Shown here: one piece after another, positions 28,165 to 41,425 of the stretch | Position numbering within the stretch: the stretch's first letter is position 1 | How the letters are laid out: every line of letters starts with the position of its first letter | Assembly (NCBI GenBank): GCA_051362555.1 | Contig: CM120641.1 | Span: forward strand, 20,708,001-20,772,000 | Length of the DNA stretch: 64,000 nucleotides | From: Lingula anatina | Taxonomy: Eukaryota > Animalia > Brachiopoda | Direction: 5' to 3' | The notes under the pieces: generated by a model | The model's input: the letters and a program-made list of their open reading frames with translations, nothing else | The model's database searches: none | Told to the model about the DNA's origin: nothing | Program-made: the position numbers and the translations under genes

Positions 28165-31100
28165 TTATAAAGTTTTCCACTGCATTGCAATGTATTTTAC
28201 AATATCCCCTCTTACAAACCACTGATTACTTTTGGTTGCTGGAATCAATGGTATTTCAACACCCTCTTGAAGAGGGCCACAGTCTCTTAGTTGCTCATTT
28301 TTCAGGGCAATACATCTATGATAGTTTGTTCTCTCAAAGAAAAGTGCTGTAATCTGTGGTCCAGGGCTCAATTTATTGTCCTTGGGGGATAAGATTCCCC
28401 ATGCTTTGGTCTCAGCATCACCTTCCTTCATTATGGCACAGACAATTAATGTCTTTATGGACACAGAGTGCTGAAGAGAATGCAGTAATGAAACCAGGCA
28501 TCCAAGGGAATCCTCCGAGGTACCATCCTCGATGTCAACTGACACAGCAACATGAGGGACATTGGCAAGACGCTTAAATATATTCCCCACAACTTGTAGC
28601 CTGGAAGGCTCCATGTGGGATGTGGCAGACCATCTAAGCAGCAGTAAGATGTTGGTCATTGAAGAATTATGGTCCATCATTTCTTCAACTGCTGCCAAGG
28701 ACTGGCAGTGGGCAATGGACTCCCATGATCTGCAGTCCAGCTTCAGATGAGTCACTGGACACACTGGGCTCATCAAGAGCCATTTAAATGTGTCAGTAAA
28801 GCCCAATGGAAACGTTACCCACTTAGGTAAAGAGGGGACAATCTCTGCTGCTATGGTTTCTGGTGCCAGGTAACAAGATGCTGGAGCAAACTGGAACAGC
28901 ACATAAAACAAGTTGCTAAAGATGTAGTTGATGTTTCGCCTAGGGTAAAGAGCAATGTCAACAAAGTCAAAATGTCCACAAATTTTAGCCCAAAACCTGT
29001 AGCAAATTTCTGTTGCTTTCCTGGCGATTTTAAGCATGTTTTCTGCATTATTAACGCACTTAATTCCCCAGACCATAGCATCGAAATGGGATGCCGTCAC
29101 ACCAACAGGTGTCAATGAATATGTATGGATTTCCTCCAAACTTTCCTCCGGGTGACAAGCAATATACTTTCCTGAGAAATATTCTTGCAATGTTTTATGA
29201 GGAAAGAAGTAGAATTCTTCGAAACGAATCCGTGAAACACTGAACTCTTTTGTAAGGAAACCTGACTGTAGCGTTAGATCTATTTCTTTGGTCAATTTTT
29301 CACGTATGTTTTCCTCACTAAATCTTAACTGATTATTAAGATTTCCATAAAAAGCCATGAAATACAGGTTCTCAAGAACTCGCAGACACACTTCTGGAAG
29401 ATCGGTCCCCCGGGTTGGTATGTCGAATTTGGTACACAATCTTTTACACACACTGTATTCTACCTCTTGGTAGACCTGGATTTTGTTGGAAACGACTGCA
29501 TGTGGATTATCCTCAAAGATCAGACACAGAAGAACAGTATTGAATGGATTGGTGGCCAGATTTTGCATCTCGGGCTTGTTCTCAATGCTGGATATAAGCT
29601 CTTTGTACTCCTCTGAATTTTTGCCCTGATAGGTGAAATATTTTTCAATGTAGCTTTTGGAATCTGCTTTGGAAAATCCTTTAATGATAACATGCTTTCT
29701 GAAGTTCTTTTTGATACCTGTAATAGAATGAGGACGGGATGTTACTATATTGTGAGATTTACTAAGTATTTTCCCACTGAAAAGATCAAATAGGTTTGTT
29801 TGTTCTACGTATCTCAGTTCATCATAGCCATCAACGATAAACAACACTCGTTCCTGAATCCCTGTAATAGCCTCCCAAACCTGATCTGGAGTATAGGTAA
29901 AATCCTTAGGCAGCAACTGCTTGAAAATTGCCTCCTTAATACCCTCTTGCAAGTGACGAGCCTCAATTAAAAATACAAGATCATATTTCTTGATTGGTGG
30001 ATTTCCATCAGCTAATGACCAATCAGTGCACTCGGTAGGATTTTTCTAAGGGAGTACCGTACCCCTTGCCCAAAAAAAGAAGGGGTAATTGTCAAAATGA
30101 AGGGGTAAAATTAAAAAATGCTCATCAAGGTGTAATAACTATGACACCTTATAGTGTTGTTTCTTTGTCTTTTTCTCCAAAAATCAGTGGGGGGGGGGGG
30201 GGGGGGGGGGTGAAAATATAACATGTAATTTATTAGAGATTTTACATTGCTTTTAAATTACCACAGAAACAATCAAAATACAACAAGTACGACTGCACTT
30301 CATAGCCAAAAATTTACAATCTATTCTTGACTGAGATTTAAAAATGCTCCTGGCCTAACTGCTTCCTTAGTAAAGTTTTTAAAAAAACTAGGTCAAACAA
30401 GCGCTCTGTAATAGTTGGGAGAGGGAGAGATAGAGAACGGCGCCAAAATGTCTGGACACTGACAAGTAGTCACCCAGTATCCGTCTCTGTCAAACAAGCA
30501 ATATTTAGTATACTATTTGAGAAGGGACACAAAATTTACATATTTAGCCATTTTAATCAATCAAAATGTTCATACTTCTTACTCTTCCTAGTGTTTCTCC
30601 CTAAAATTGATGCCGACAAAAAAGTAGGTCAAGTCGGGAACATTAGGCACCCGTCGTTTTTAAGTTTTACTAAATTGTTTATAAAAATTAAACCTTTGCT
30701 TTCAATTTGTAAATAATTACTAGAAATATTATTTCACAGTTTGTTGAAAGGTAATTTTTATTTATGTTTGTTAGCGCAGCACTTCAAGTTCAACTGTTTT
30801 CTAAGCTGGCCAAATCTGGAGCTAGCCGGTTGCTGCAAACCACTTTGTTTCCAACCGGCAAATGACTGCCAATAATAAACGATCTATTTTGTCTGTGATA
30901 ATAAATTTTACACTTCAAATTTTCCGGGCAAGTGAACAGCCGAAAGTCACTTGCGTTTCCGGGCAACTACCAGCTAAATTTTAGTTGCCCGGCTGATAAA
31001 ACTAGTTGCGAAACGCAACCATCGCAAGTAGGTATGTCGGACTCTGAAATCTATAGTAAATAACTTTGACTACCTTGCATGACAAAACCTTTTAATTGAC

Positions 31101-33205
31101 TGTTGTTTTTTTCCTTTGCTTTTCCTTTTTCTCGTCATTTTGTCATCACTGGTAATCAGCAGAGCTGGAAATTCCCGGTCGCCCGCTCGTCAAATGCGAC
31201 TAAAAATTTATTCTGACGACTAAAACTACAAAAGTCACAAGGGTTACTGGCCTAAAGTATTTGGTCTAGGCGAGTGATTTAAATTGGTCCTAAACGTATG
31301 GTTGCTCAATTAAAATGTTGAACAATTATGTGAATAAAAAAACGATCATTTCATCGTTGTTCATACCTTGTTTATACTAAAGAGAGGCACACGTGCTTTG
31401 ACCTAAAACTTGCATATTATGACCAATCAGAGAAGATTACGTCATCCTCTGCGGGTCAGTGAAAGAAGAAGCATGTTTTAGTCGGGTAATTCAAATATCT
31501 TAAGAAAAAAATGAGACACTTGGGAATCAATTATGACATTTTCAACATGAGTCTGACCGTCAACAGTCAACGGACTGGTCAACTTCGCCGATCTTCAAAG
31601 CCAAAGGTGTGCGTATTCGTACGCGCTGGGGCTCCAGCCAATGCGTAAAAACAGCAAAACAACGCGTAATTACGCACTCTCATACGCTAACGAGTTTACT
31701 GACCAATCATACACAAGCTTTCTGGATAGTGTACTTTTTCCTATTCCTGGATCCCCTTGTATTAGTACACTTCTTGGCAGAGAGACAACCCCTCCAGGTC
31801 CCTCCTTGATTGAGGGTTCGAACAGTTCGGCAACGTCAATATATCTGAAAAAATTAAAATGTGAGAATCTTAATATATGATATAATAATTTCATTTTTTA
31901 TTAGTAACTGTACTCTGATTTTTTTTTTTATTTTTTAATCTAGATAAACATTATAACACACACACACACACAAAAAAGAATGGTGACAAAAGAAGGAAAT
32001 TCATCAAACACCTGTAGTTTCATTTCATCAAGCAAAAAACTGCCTTCAGCTTTAAATTGTAAAAAAAAAAAAAAAAAAAAAGGAAAGTAAACTTTGCAAA
32101 ACTTGGACACTATGACTATGGGATCAAACATTTTGTGCCAGTTATACAAAGATTCCATTGAGGCAATGTTCACATTAAATTTAACTTAGGCCCAAATAAA
32201 AAATCTATTCCATAGGATTTGAATGAGACAATAATTCAAATTATAAGGTGGCTAGATAATATGCAGTTCATATTTATATTAAACAAGTTTATTATACAAT
32301 ATATTAAAAAAGTTTCTCATTTTTTTAAAAAATATTTGTAACATCTACTGTCCATTTGTAATGTAAAACTGTGAACATGAGTCAGCAATTTTACAGGTGT
32401 CAAAACACATATATACTTACCTATTTGTTTCTTCAATGACCAGGTTGGTGAAAATATGCTGTAGGTTTACCTCAAGCCAGTCACACCAAGGAATGGGGTA
32501 CACACGGGATAGGGTTTCCAAGTAATAATGTTTCAGTTCTTCTGCTAAAATCTTCACTAGATTTTCTCTCCCTGAAATAAAAACATACACTATTAGTTCT
32601 GAAAAACTTACTTTTGAAGAGTTTTTTATTGTTACTGTTGAAATTCACAACAGTATACATCTGTGATATAAAAAAAAGATATATAAAGGAGAAAATACCT
32701 CAATTTTTTCAAGAAAAAAATGCTATATAGTTCATTAATCAATATGTCATCTTTCAGGAAAAAACAGTTGACAAATTCACCAGTTACAGCTTCGGAAAGA
32801 AAAAAAAAAAGGCCGTAACCAAATAAATCAATGGATGAACAGAGGATGAATAAGTAGATGGATGAAAGAGAGAGGGAAACCATATGCACCCTGGTATGGA
32901 GAAGCTGCATCCTGAGAACTCTCCAGGACATCCTGTTGAATCAAATCTGACAAGAACCCCTGTCCCGTCTCACCCAGAGCCAAACAGAACACATGGAAAG
33001 CATGGTCACCGAAAGTGGGAAGAATGTCCAATAACTTCTGACTTTTCTTCAAGCGTGTTCCTTCCAGCTTGATTTCATCCACCGTGTCTACTGCTAACAC
33101 GCTCTCTTGTATCAGATATGAGAAGAGACTGTCTGGTTGGAGGTCTTGTTCAAGAGCCACACGACATCTCTGTAGACTGTTTCTATGAGGAGCAGTCATT
33201 GCCAT
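28165..33205 (-). CDS. CARD-NACHT NOD-like receptor (NLR), NACHT exon interrupted by an insertion
   Basis: Coding exon 33205-32890 is a CARD (HRNSLQRCRVALEQDL...KLLDILPTFGDHAFHVFCLALGE). Exon 32571-32421 (PIPWCDWLEVNLQHIFTNL). Exon from 31844 has Walker A VLIQGDPGIGKST. After the insertion: KYDLVFLI, Walker B VLFIVDGYDE, sensor IVTSRP, NPF motif, winged-helix FPHKTLQEYFSG. Confidence 0.85.
30024..31701. mobile_element. Non-autonomous DNA transposon-like insertion (~1.67 kb) with terminal inverted repeats and target-site duplication
   Basis: Left end CAGTGCACTCGGTAG versus reverse complement of right end CAGTAAACTCGTTAG. TGACCAATCA is present at both 30016-30025 and 31700-31709; the true TSD could be 4-10 bp because its ends are self-complementary. 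Removing one copy plus the interior restores RKLVYDWSLADGNPPIKKYDLVF. No transposase ORF. Confidence 0.88.
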
Positions 33206-34464
33206 GGTGAAATGATTTATTTCTGAGACCAATTTCAATGAAATTTTAATATCTGCAATGTTACATAATGTATGTCAAATACCATTAGGCTATTGAGTAT
33301 ATACACTGCCATGGTGAAAGGATTAATTTTTACTCCAATGTTATACCATATGTATGTCGAACACCATAGGTATTGGGCATGTACACAAATTCATCCACTG
33401 AACTCAAATCGTAGCAACAGCAACTCAGACATCCAATTTCAACACATAATTTTAAGTCCTAGGGATGATGGATAGTTGGAATAATTATGCCATTTTCTGA
33501 TTCTGAAACACAAAAGAAAAGGCCTAGTAGACACTTAAAAACTCTCAGAAAATGTCAATACATGTAGGTAAAAACGTCAACATTAATTTTACTCCTACTG
33601 CAACATTATAGGGTATACTAGCTACATATGTTCATTCTGCTACTTTTCTAGCTGTCCAGAATTGAGTGATCGATTATTTTATAAATAATTGATCACTACT
33701 GGACATATTTGTACTAATTTGCCATAAATTCACATAAAAGGCATATTAATAAAATATATTTATGTTCAGTGGTATAAAAAATCCAATATGAAAATTTTGC
33801 TTGTTCCTCATAATACCGGTAATTAATTATTATTAATATTAATCTCAAAATACTGGTATACCAGTAGACTGTTAATCAGGTGCAATATTTAATTGCCCTT
33901 CAAGCCTGTCAAATTCTGATCTTGGACTCGAGTTTTGTTTCATAAATTTAATTATATCTTAAATAATTTATTCTTGAAATAATGTTAATTGTGCTATTAT
34001 TGTTATACTGTACAAGAACTAATAATGCAGATATATTAGTAATATAAAAGATAATGATTAGATTCATTTATACCTTTCTTCACTATTTTAACATCCACTC
34101 CTTGATTATTCCATAAAGCCCTGGCACTAGGTAAGATGAATTTTCACAGGTGTTTACATGATGTAACAACTCGATTATAATTGCACGTCCCTTTCCTCCC
34201 ACTTCCGCTTTTCTAACATGGCTATATTTAGTCTACTCTTAATACGACAAATTTAGATAAGACCTGGCGCACGCACCCACAAAAACGTCCGGCACTTTTA
34301 ATTTTGTAACATCGCTGTGTAATAATCCTTTTTCGTGGCGTCTGGATCCATTGCGACTTCTTAAAATTGGGCCTATCCCTTACCACGTTTCAACAAAAAT
34401 ACTGTTCTAAAAATAACCTCTGCATAACGAGGAAGTGGATACCACAGGTAACAACAGGACCAAG

Positions 34465-34894
34465 ATGGCGGATAGGAAAGCGGCGCTAGCAAAACTTTTA
34501 AAAGTTCCAGGAAATGAAGTGTGTGCCGACTGTGGACTTGAAAGTAAGTACTCTTCAAATAAAAGACAAGACAATAACAGTTAACAACAAGCACTGTTTC
34601 GTAAAATGTGGCCTCTTGAAAGAATTATATTGTAAAATACTAAATACATATTTTTAGGCTTCGTTTTGAATATGGAAGTCATGGACTGATGGAGTTGGTG
34701 GTTAAAGAACTTGACACCTATTCAATTTTATGTCCTGTTTTGCTTTACGTGTAGCCTGTACTGTTTGTTTTTTTTTTCACTGGTAATACATTAGGAATAT
34801 GACCTCCGTCCCATCTAGATTAAAATACGTTTAGATTTAAGTATCAATAAATCGTCCCAACACACACAAACACACTCATTTTCTCTCTCTTTCC

Positions 34895-34944
<50 letters not shown>

Positions 34945-37900
34945 CGTGTGCGCGTACACACACACACACACACACACAGACACATGCATTTCAAGAAAGA
35001 CACTTGTTGAACAACTGAGAATCTTATGTCCAATAATTAAGACTGTATCATGACCAGAAGAATGTATGTAGGGGTAGGAGTGTTGTTTTGCTGTTTATAA
35101 TTAATATGCAGATGATATCTTACTTTATGACTCATTTACATGTCAGTACTGGTCATATATATAACACTGAGATTAATACTGGCAAAGTTATGTGCTGTTG
35201 CCAAAACCAAGAAATTAGTTATGTTATCATTACACTGTACATCTACTCATTTATTTTCTTAAATGTCAGTTAAGAAATCCTACAACTTGTTTGATTTATT
35301 AAATGAACAATTTACAATACTATAATGCACTGACATGTGCTGCATGCTTTAATTAGGTTAAATACTTTAATACAAGTTTTATTTTTAATACCAGATTCAA
35401 TTTGGCTCAAGTTCACATTTAATGATTTCAGTCAAATTTTGGTCAAAATTTTAATTTCTTTCAAAAGGACAGTCAGGGTCATATACTAGTATCTATAGCT
35501 CTCTGCCTGTAACCAGTGATGTACTATTATATATATATATAAGTACTCATAATTGGAGAAAAAATAAATAATAATAAACCATTTCTAAAGAGACTTATAT
35601 ATTTAAACAACATGGCTTTTTCGGTGTTTTTTATAAGGATTCACTTTATTACCATCCTTTCACAAGAGACAATGAAAAAACGTATTCCAGCCTAGTATAA
35701 ACACTCTGATTAATTTCTAGATCCTGAATGGGCATCCTATAACATAGGCGTGTTTCTATGTGCATCCTGTGCTGGAGTACACCGCAGTTTGGGCTCTCAC
35801 ATCAGTAAAGTTCGATCACTGACATTGGATAACTGGGATGATGAACAGATCAAGGTTTGTATCTGTTTGTGATCAATATTGAGTGTGAATTATTGGCTGG
35901 GTGTGTCAGGGGAGAATGATGTATGTTATGTAAAAAATGGTTGTTGTGTTTTGGGTGTGATGCTTTTGCATCACTGAAAGTTATTTTATTAGGAAATTGG
36001 CAAGAGGGAGAGATTGATATTTATTCTCAGGCCAGGATTTATTCACTGATCCAGGATTTTGTTATGTGGGAAGGGGTACAGAAAGAAAAAAATTGATAGG
36101 CAAATAAGTTAGGCAAATCTAAAACTGAATTTTTGCCATAATTTATTTGCTGGATTGTCTTGTTTCTCTCCTTTTTATTTCTTTATTTTAATTTTTTGGG
36201 TGGGTGGTGGGGGTGCAGTGATATTTTAGCTCAAAGTAATGTTTGGTTGTGTTATCCATTTGAAATGAGATGTAGTTACAAATCCAAATTTTTTCTTTGA
36301 TTATTTTCAGACATCACTGTTCTTCCTGATTCTTATTAAGTCAACTAACTTCTCAAAGTTTTAGGATCAATTTATTTTAAGTTTCACAAAGAAAACACAT
36401 TTTTTCTGTTGACAATTATTCATTCATGATGTTTGAAATATTAATTAATTAACATCTGCTGCAATATTTATTTATTTTTCAGAAAATGGAAGAAGTGGGA
36501 AACCTCAGAGCCAAAGAGAAGTATGAACAGATGGTTCCACCATCATACAGACGACCAAATACCAAAGATGTACAGTATGTATGGGTATTAAAGATGAGTT
36601 TTTATAACTGTAGCAACTCTCTCATGTTGCTGTCTTAGTGAGGAGTCTGGAAAAGCCCAGATTTTCCTGCCAATATCTTATATTATCTTGACTTAGTTAA
36701 AACTAGTGCTTGCTGCCAGTGAACCAGAGTTATGCTTAAACTGTGTCAAGGTGGCTGACTACAGACGTTGTGCAGGGGCAGTGAATATGATTATTTCATT
36801 GCGATATCGATTAAAGCCATTTATCTATCAATATATGCTCTAAAAGTTTTAATTTTCCTCAGATAAGTTCAACAAAAATTGATTCATGCGCTTAAAATGT
36901 CTTCAAAATCCTGGCTTGGATTGCTTTATGATTTTTATATTTATTTTTCAAGAATTTGAATGGAAGCATGAATATAATTTTTAAAATACAAGGACAAGTA
37001 TGTTTGGATTCACATAAATACTAGGGTCCTTTGAATCAAAAATAAATGTTAACAGTAACATTGGTAAAATTTCAGAGTTCTACGTGAACAGTGGATCCGG
37101 GGCAAATATGAGCGCATGGAATTCACAAATCCTGAAAAGCAGACATACCTTAGTGGGTATAAGGAGGGCTATCTGTGGAAACAAGGCAAAGATGACAGCA
37201 AATTTATGAAGAGGAGATTTGTGCTGTCAGAGAATGACAACAAACTGGTCTATTTTAACAAAGAAAATGTAAGTACCATTTATTATTTATTTATTTATTT
37301 ATTAATTTATTTATTTATTTTATTTTATTTTATTTATTTATTTTTTTTTTTGGAAGCTGAATTTATTGGCATGAATGAATTGGGTCTAGAAACAAAAAAT
37401 GTTGAATTTTTTAAACAACGAAAATTATCTGTGTCATATTGTATTTTCGTGCACATTTTATCTCTCTAGTTTTTGTATTAAAGTTCATTTTATCTGGAAT
37501 AGATTACTTGATTGTGCATGCTGCTGGCTAGTAAACACCTCATAACATATGGACTTCCTAGATCACAAGTACTTTTTGATTGTATTAGGACCAACAAAGT
37601 ATTTTCTGTTGATAAGTTTTAAAATGAATGCAGAGTGCACACACAATCAATTATTATTTGTATAGTGATAATAGAAGTTTATATAAGCACTTGAGGGTAT
37701 TCCACAAGATAAGAATTATGTATGTCTATATGCTTATATCACACTTCTTTACAAGCAATAAATAGATAGATATATACTTTGTACTTACTTGATTAGTCCA
37801 CTATTCCTGATTTTTATAACTGGAGTACATGGTTATGATTGATGGGCTTTATATATAACTAAGAAATAATGAAGTGTCTCCTTACAATTAAATTACACTT

Positions 37901-38619
37901 GTCACAGAAGTGTTATTTACAAGTTTTTGATGCCTAGTAGATTTAAAGCTAGTTTTTTATAATCTATCTATTCCCAAGGGACAATAGGCCTTGAGCATCA
38001 AAACTTTTTCATTGCGATACACAAATTGCTGTAGCATATTTTTCTTTAGAGGCAAAGAATGATTTTTTCACTGTGGCCCACAATTTTATTATGGCATATT
38101 TCACTTTATAAGCAGAAAAGGATTTTTCACTGCACCACACAGGTTTAAATGCCATTCTTTTTTACTTCATAGGCCAAGGAGCCTAAAGCATCACTCAGAC
38201 TTGACGAGATCAATGCAATATTTGTGCCAGACAAGATTGGCAACTTGAATGGGTTGCAGGTTACATATGATAAGGAAGGCACAACCAGGAGTCTGTTTTT
38301 ATATGCAGAAGAAGGCAAGGTATGTGGAGTCACTGTGATGGGTGGGTATGATATTCAAAGCTACAATTATTAATTTCTTCAAAACACTGCTGAAGTCCTA
38401 CATTTGTTCCAGTACTTCAGTCTCTACCAAGACACATTCATCAAGGAGTTATTAGTGGTAATAACACTGATTTTAGCTGTTATTTGAAGGAACTAAATTG
38501 TGACTTTAAATGCATTAACATAGCTCGTGAATTTTTTTTTCGGAATGTGACATTTTGTTTGCAGTGTAAATTTGAAATAATCTGATGCAAACTATGACCA
38601 TCTCTGAGCATAATCTGGG

Positions 38620-38670
<51 letters not shown>

Positions 38671-41425
38671 TTTTTACATACAACATTGTGCATGGTTTTA
38701 GTCCTCAAGATAGCATCATTTTGTTTTCAGGCAATTTGTGCTATGAATTTTTTTATATTATATTTTATTCCTTAACAATGATTTGACTGGTAACTTGATC
38801 CCGGATTTAGCCACGATATGTAGGCCTATCAAACACTCATCTGCCATACTGTTGTACATATAGATATTTCTGTCATTTTCATTGCTCATTTCAGGACATC
38901 GTGGACTGGTATAATGCTCTTAGAGCAGCAAAACTGAATCGTCTCAGGATTGCGTTTCCATTGAGTCATATTGATGAGGTAAATTGTGGGTCACTATTTA
39001 TCCTTCTTACTAAATTACTTAGTTTTTTCTGCCATCTGGTATTTTCAACAGTTTGAAAACTTGATGATATTTTCCACATTTTGGCAGAAACTCCACAATC
39101 TTTATTTTACAGAAGTATATTAATTTGAAATGAATGTCAGAGAAAAATTAAATTGATATATCTTCCATCCATACTGACAGCAGTACATAGATATTTTTGT
39201 TTGTCCAAAAATAACACTGTATACCAGATGGGTTTACTAGCCAAGCTCTGTAAAAAAATACAACTTTGTGCCTTGCAAGATATATATTACCACATTTTTA
39301 TTTTCTCAGTTGTCTCAGCAGCTGACCAGAGACTTTGTCAAAGAAGGCTGGTTATTTAAGCAAGGACCAAATGCCAAAGATGCATTCAGGAAGAGGTGGT
39401 TCACACTGGACAAGAGGAGGCTTATGTATTCTGAAAATCCACTGGTCAGTGCATATGTATATAATGCTTATTTGATTGAGAGAGAAAGAGAGAGATTCTG
39501 GATTTTATGACATTTTTCATTGCTAAAATACACAGTTCTCTTCGGTATATTCCAGGATGCCTTTCCAAAAGGTGAAGTCTTTATAGGAAACAAGGAACAA
39601 GGATTTGCTGTACGGGATGGTGTTCCTCCAGGTCGCCCAGACCAAACCTTTGGCTTCACCCTGAAGACTCCAGACCGCCCTTTTATTTTGAATGCAGAGA
39701 GTCAACAAGAAAAGGAGGAATGGATGAGTGTACTTAAGCAAGTTGTAGAGACACCCTTGACACCACAAGATTCTAGTGGTAGGCGAACTTGAGTTGGTAG
39801 ATAGTGTATGACCACTATGTGCATTAAGGTTTGGGGTGAGTAACATTAACAGGTATTAATAGCTTTTCCCTTGGTCTGCTGCATATGAACAGCCAGGCAC
39901 CCTGTTTACCATATATCCAAATAAATAAACAAAGTTGATGATAAAGGGACCCTGTAAACCTAAAGTCTTTTGAAAAATCCAAATTAAAAACACCCATCCC
40001 ATCCATTATTTCCTTGGAAACCAATGCCAATTGGAAAAATGCACCATGTTAACCTAAGATTTTTAGATAAAAAACCTTGATGATTTAATTATCCTTGCAA
40101 AAGTGCCATCTTGTTAACCTTCTCGTTCTACTAGAAAAGAAACTTAAGTGTAACAAATCTAAGATTAATAAACAAACGTAAGGATTAAACATAGATGTCC
40201 ATATTGCAAAGAATATATGACAAATTTCTAGATTTCTACAAATTTAAACTTAAATCGGTAACATTGAGAATGGTTGTAGAGCCTGTGATATTGGTGAAAA
40301 AAAGCGTTCACCACAATGAAAAACTAATTAACCATTATCTTTGCAGCACCTTACTAGGTGAGGCAGACAAAACATTTACTTCAATAACTTATTCCCAGAT
40401 TCATTTTTCTGATTAAATAACCCCTTGTCCTCCAAGTAAGGATTTTTTTCATGTCACTCCTCTGACTATGGGCACTGGCATTATGTGCTCTACATACTGG
40501 CCTTTCCATATGTCAGAATTGACAAAGCTTTAAACAGAGTAGAGTGCAAGCTCTTCTTCAGGCTTTAGTGGATGTTACTAGTGCTCACCCCAAAACTGTA
40601 AGTGATTTCATGTTGTCTCTCTCTGTTCACACTTTTACTTTTACTCATATTACTGTATGTGACTAACTATATAACACTCTTTCAGTTGGATTTGGTTACG
40701 GGTTGTTTGCAAGTTCTTTTTCAGTGGGAGTTTGATTATATGAATGTTTTACCCATCGTTTTTAATCTGTGTGAAAGGTTGTTGTTTGTTGCAGAAGTTT
40801 AGATGTCAGATATTTTTGAGAAAAAATGTTAACAGTATCTTTTTGATGTACATTAGTTTTGAATGATAATTTGCTTTACAGTACTAGAATTATTGCTTTT
40901 TCATAACCAGTTGCTTATATCAGTTGATAAAATACAATCAGTTGGCATGCTTGAGTACCAAATAATAATTTTGTCAAACCACTGCAAATATATCCACAGC
41001 TTTTTCCCCCTTCCAGTACAGATTTATTTTTACTTTCCATCACCATTTATTCATTTTTTTCTAAAGTGATATTTTAGTTAAGTGCTGTTTGCCTTAGTAT
41101 ATTATTTTTAAATACTAGGTCTTGTAATTGTTTTAAAAAATCTATCTTGGAGTAAATTGATTAATTAATTCATATTATTGACATTTCATTGATATGTATG
41201 TTTTAAAAGAAATGTTAATTTTATTATGTCATACCATATTAATAAATAACCATTTGGTCCAACTTGTATCTGGCAATCAGCACAGGGATTTTTTTAGCTG
41301 TTGGTCAGTGTCCAGTGTGTTAGGTGTGACACCATGTTCCTTCATCTTTTTCAGCTGCAGCAGCAGTGGTAAGGAAAAGAGCAAACTCTGCTCTAGATGC
41401 TTTTAGTGCTTTAAAAATAAGGTAA
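34465..41425 (+). CDS. ADAP1: ArfGAP with dual PH domains (centaurin-alpha)
   Basis: Approx. exons 34465-34543, 35721-35854, 36483-36574, 37076-37268, 38173-38319, 38895-38978, 39310-39444, 39556-39778, and probable last exon 41355-41425 (alternatively read-through to stop at 39792). ArfGAP zinc finger [36 protein letters not shown]; PH1 [10 protein letters not shown]; PH2 [23 protein letters not shown]. Likely co-orthologue of ADAP1/ADAP2. Confidence 0.92.
34861..34985. repeat. (CT)n/(CA)n compound microsatellite
   Basis: Directly visible in ADAP intron 1. Confidence 0.9.

Noticed and set aside
28356-29081. Short ORFs overlapping the NLR exon
   Set aside because: Antisense or alternative-frame by-products of the long coding exon.
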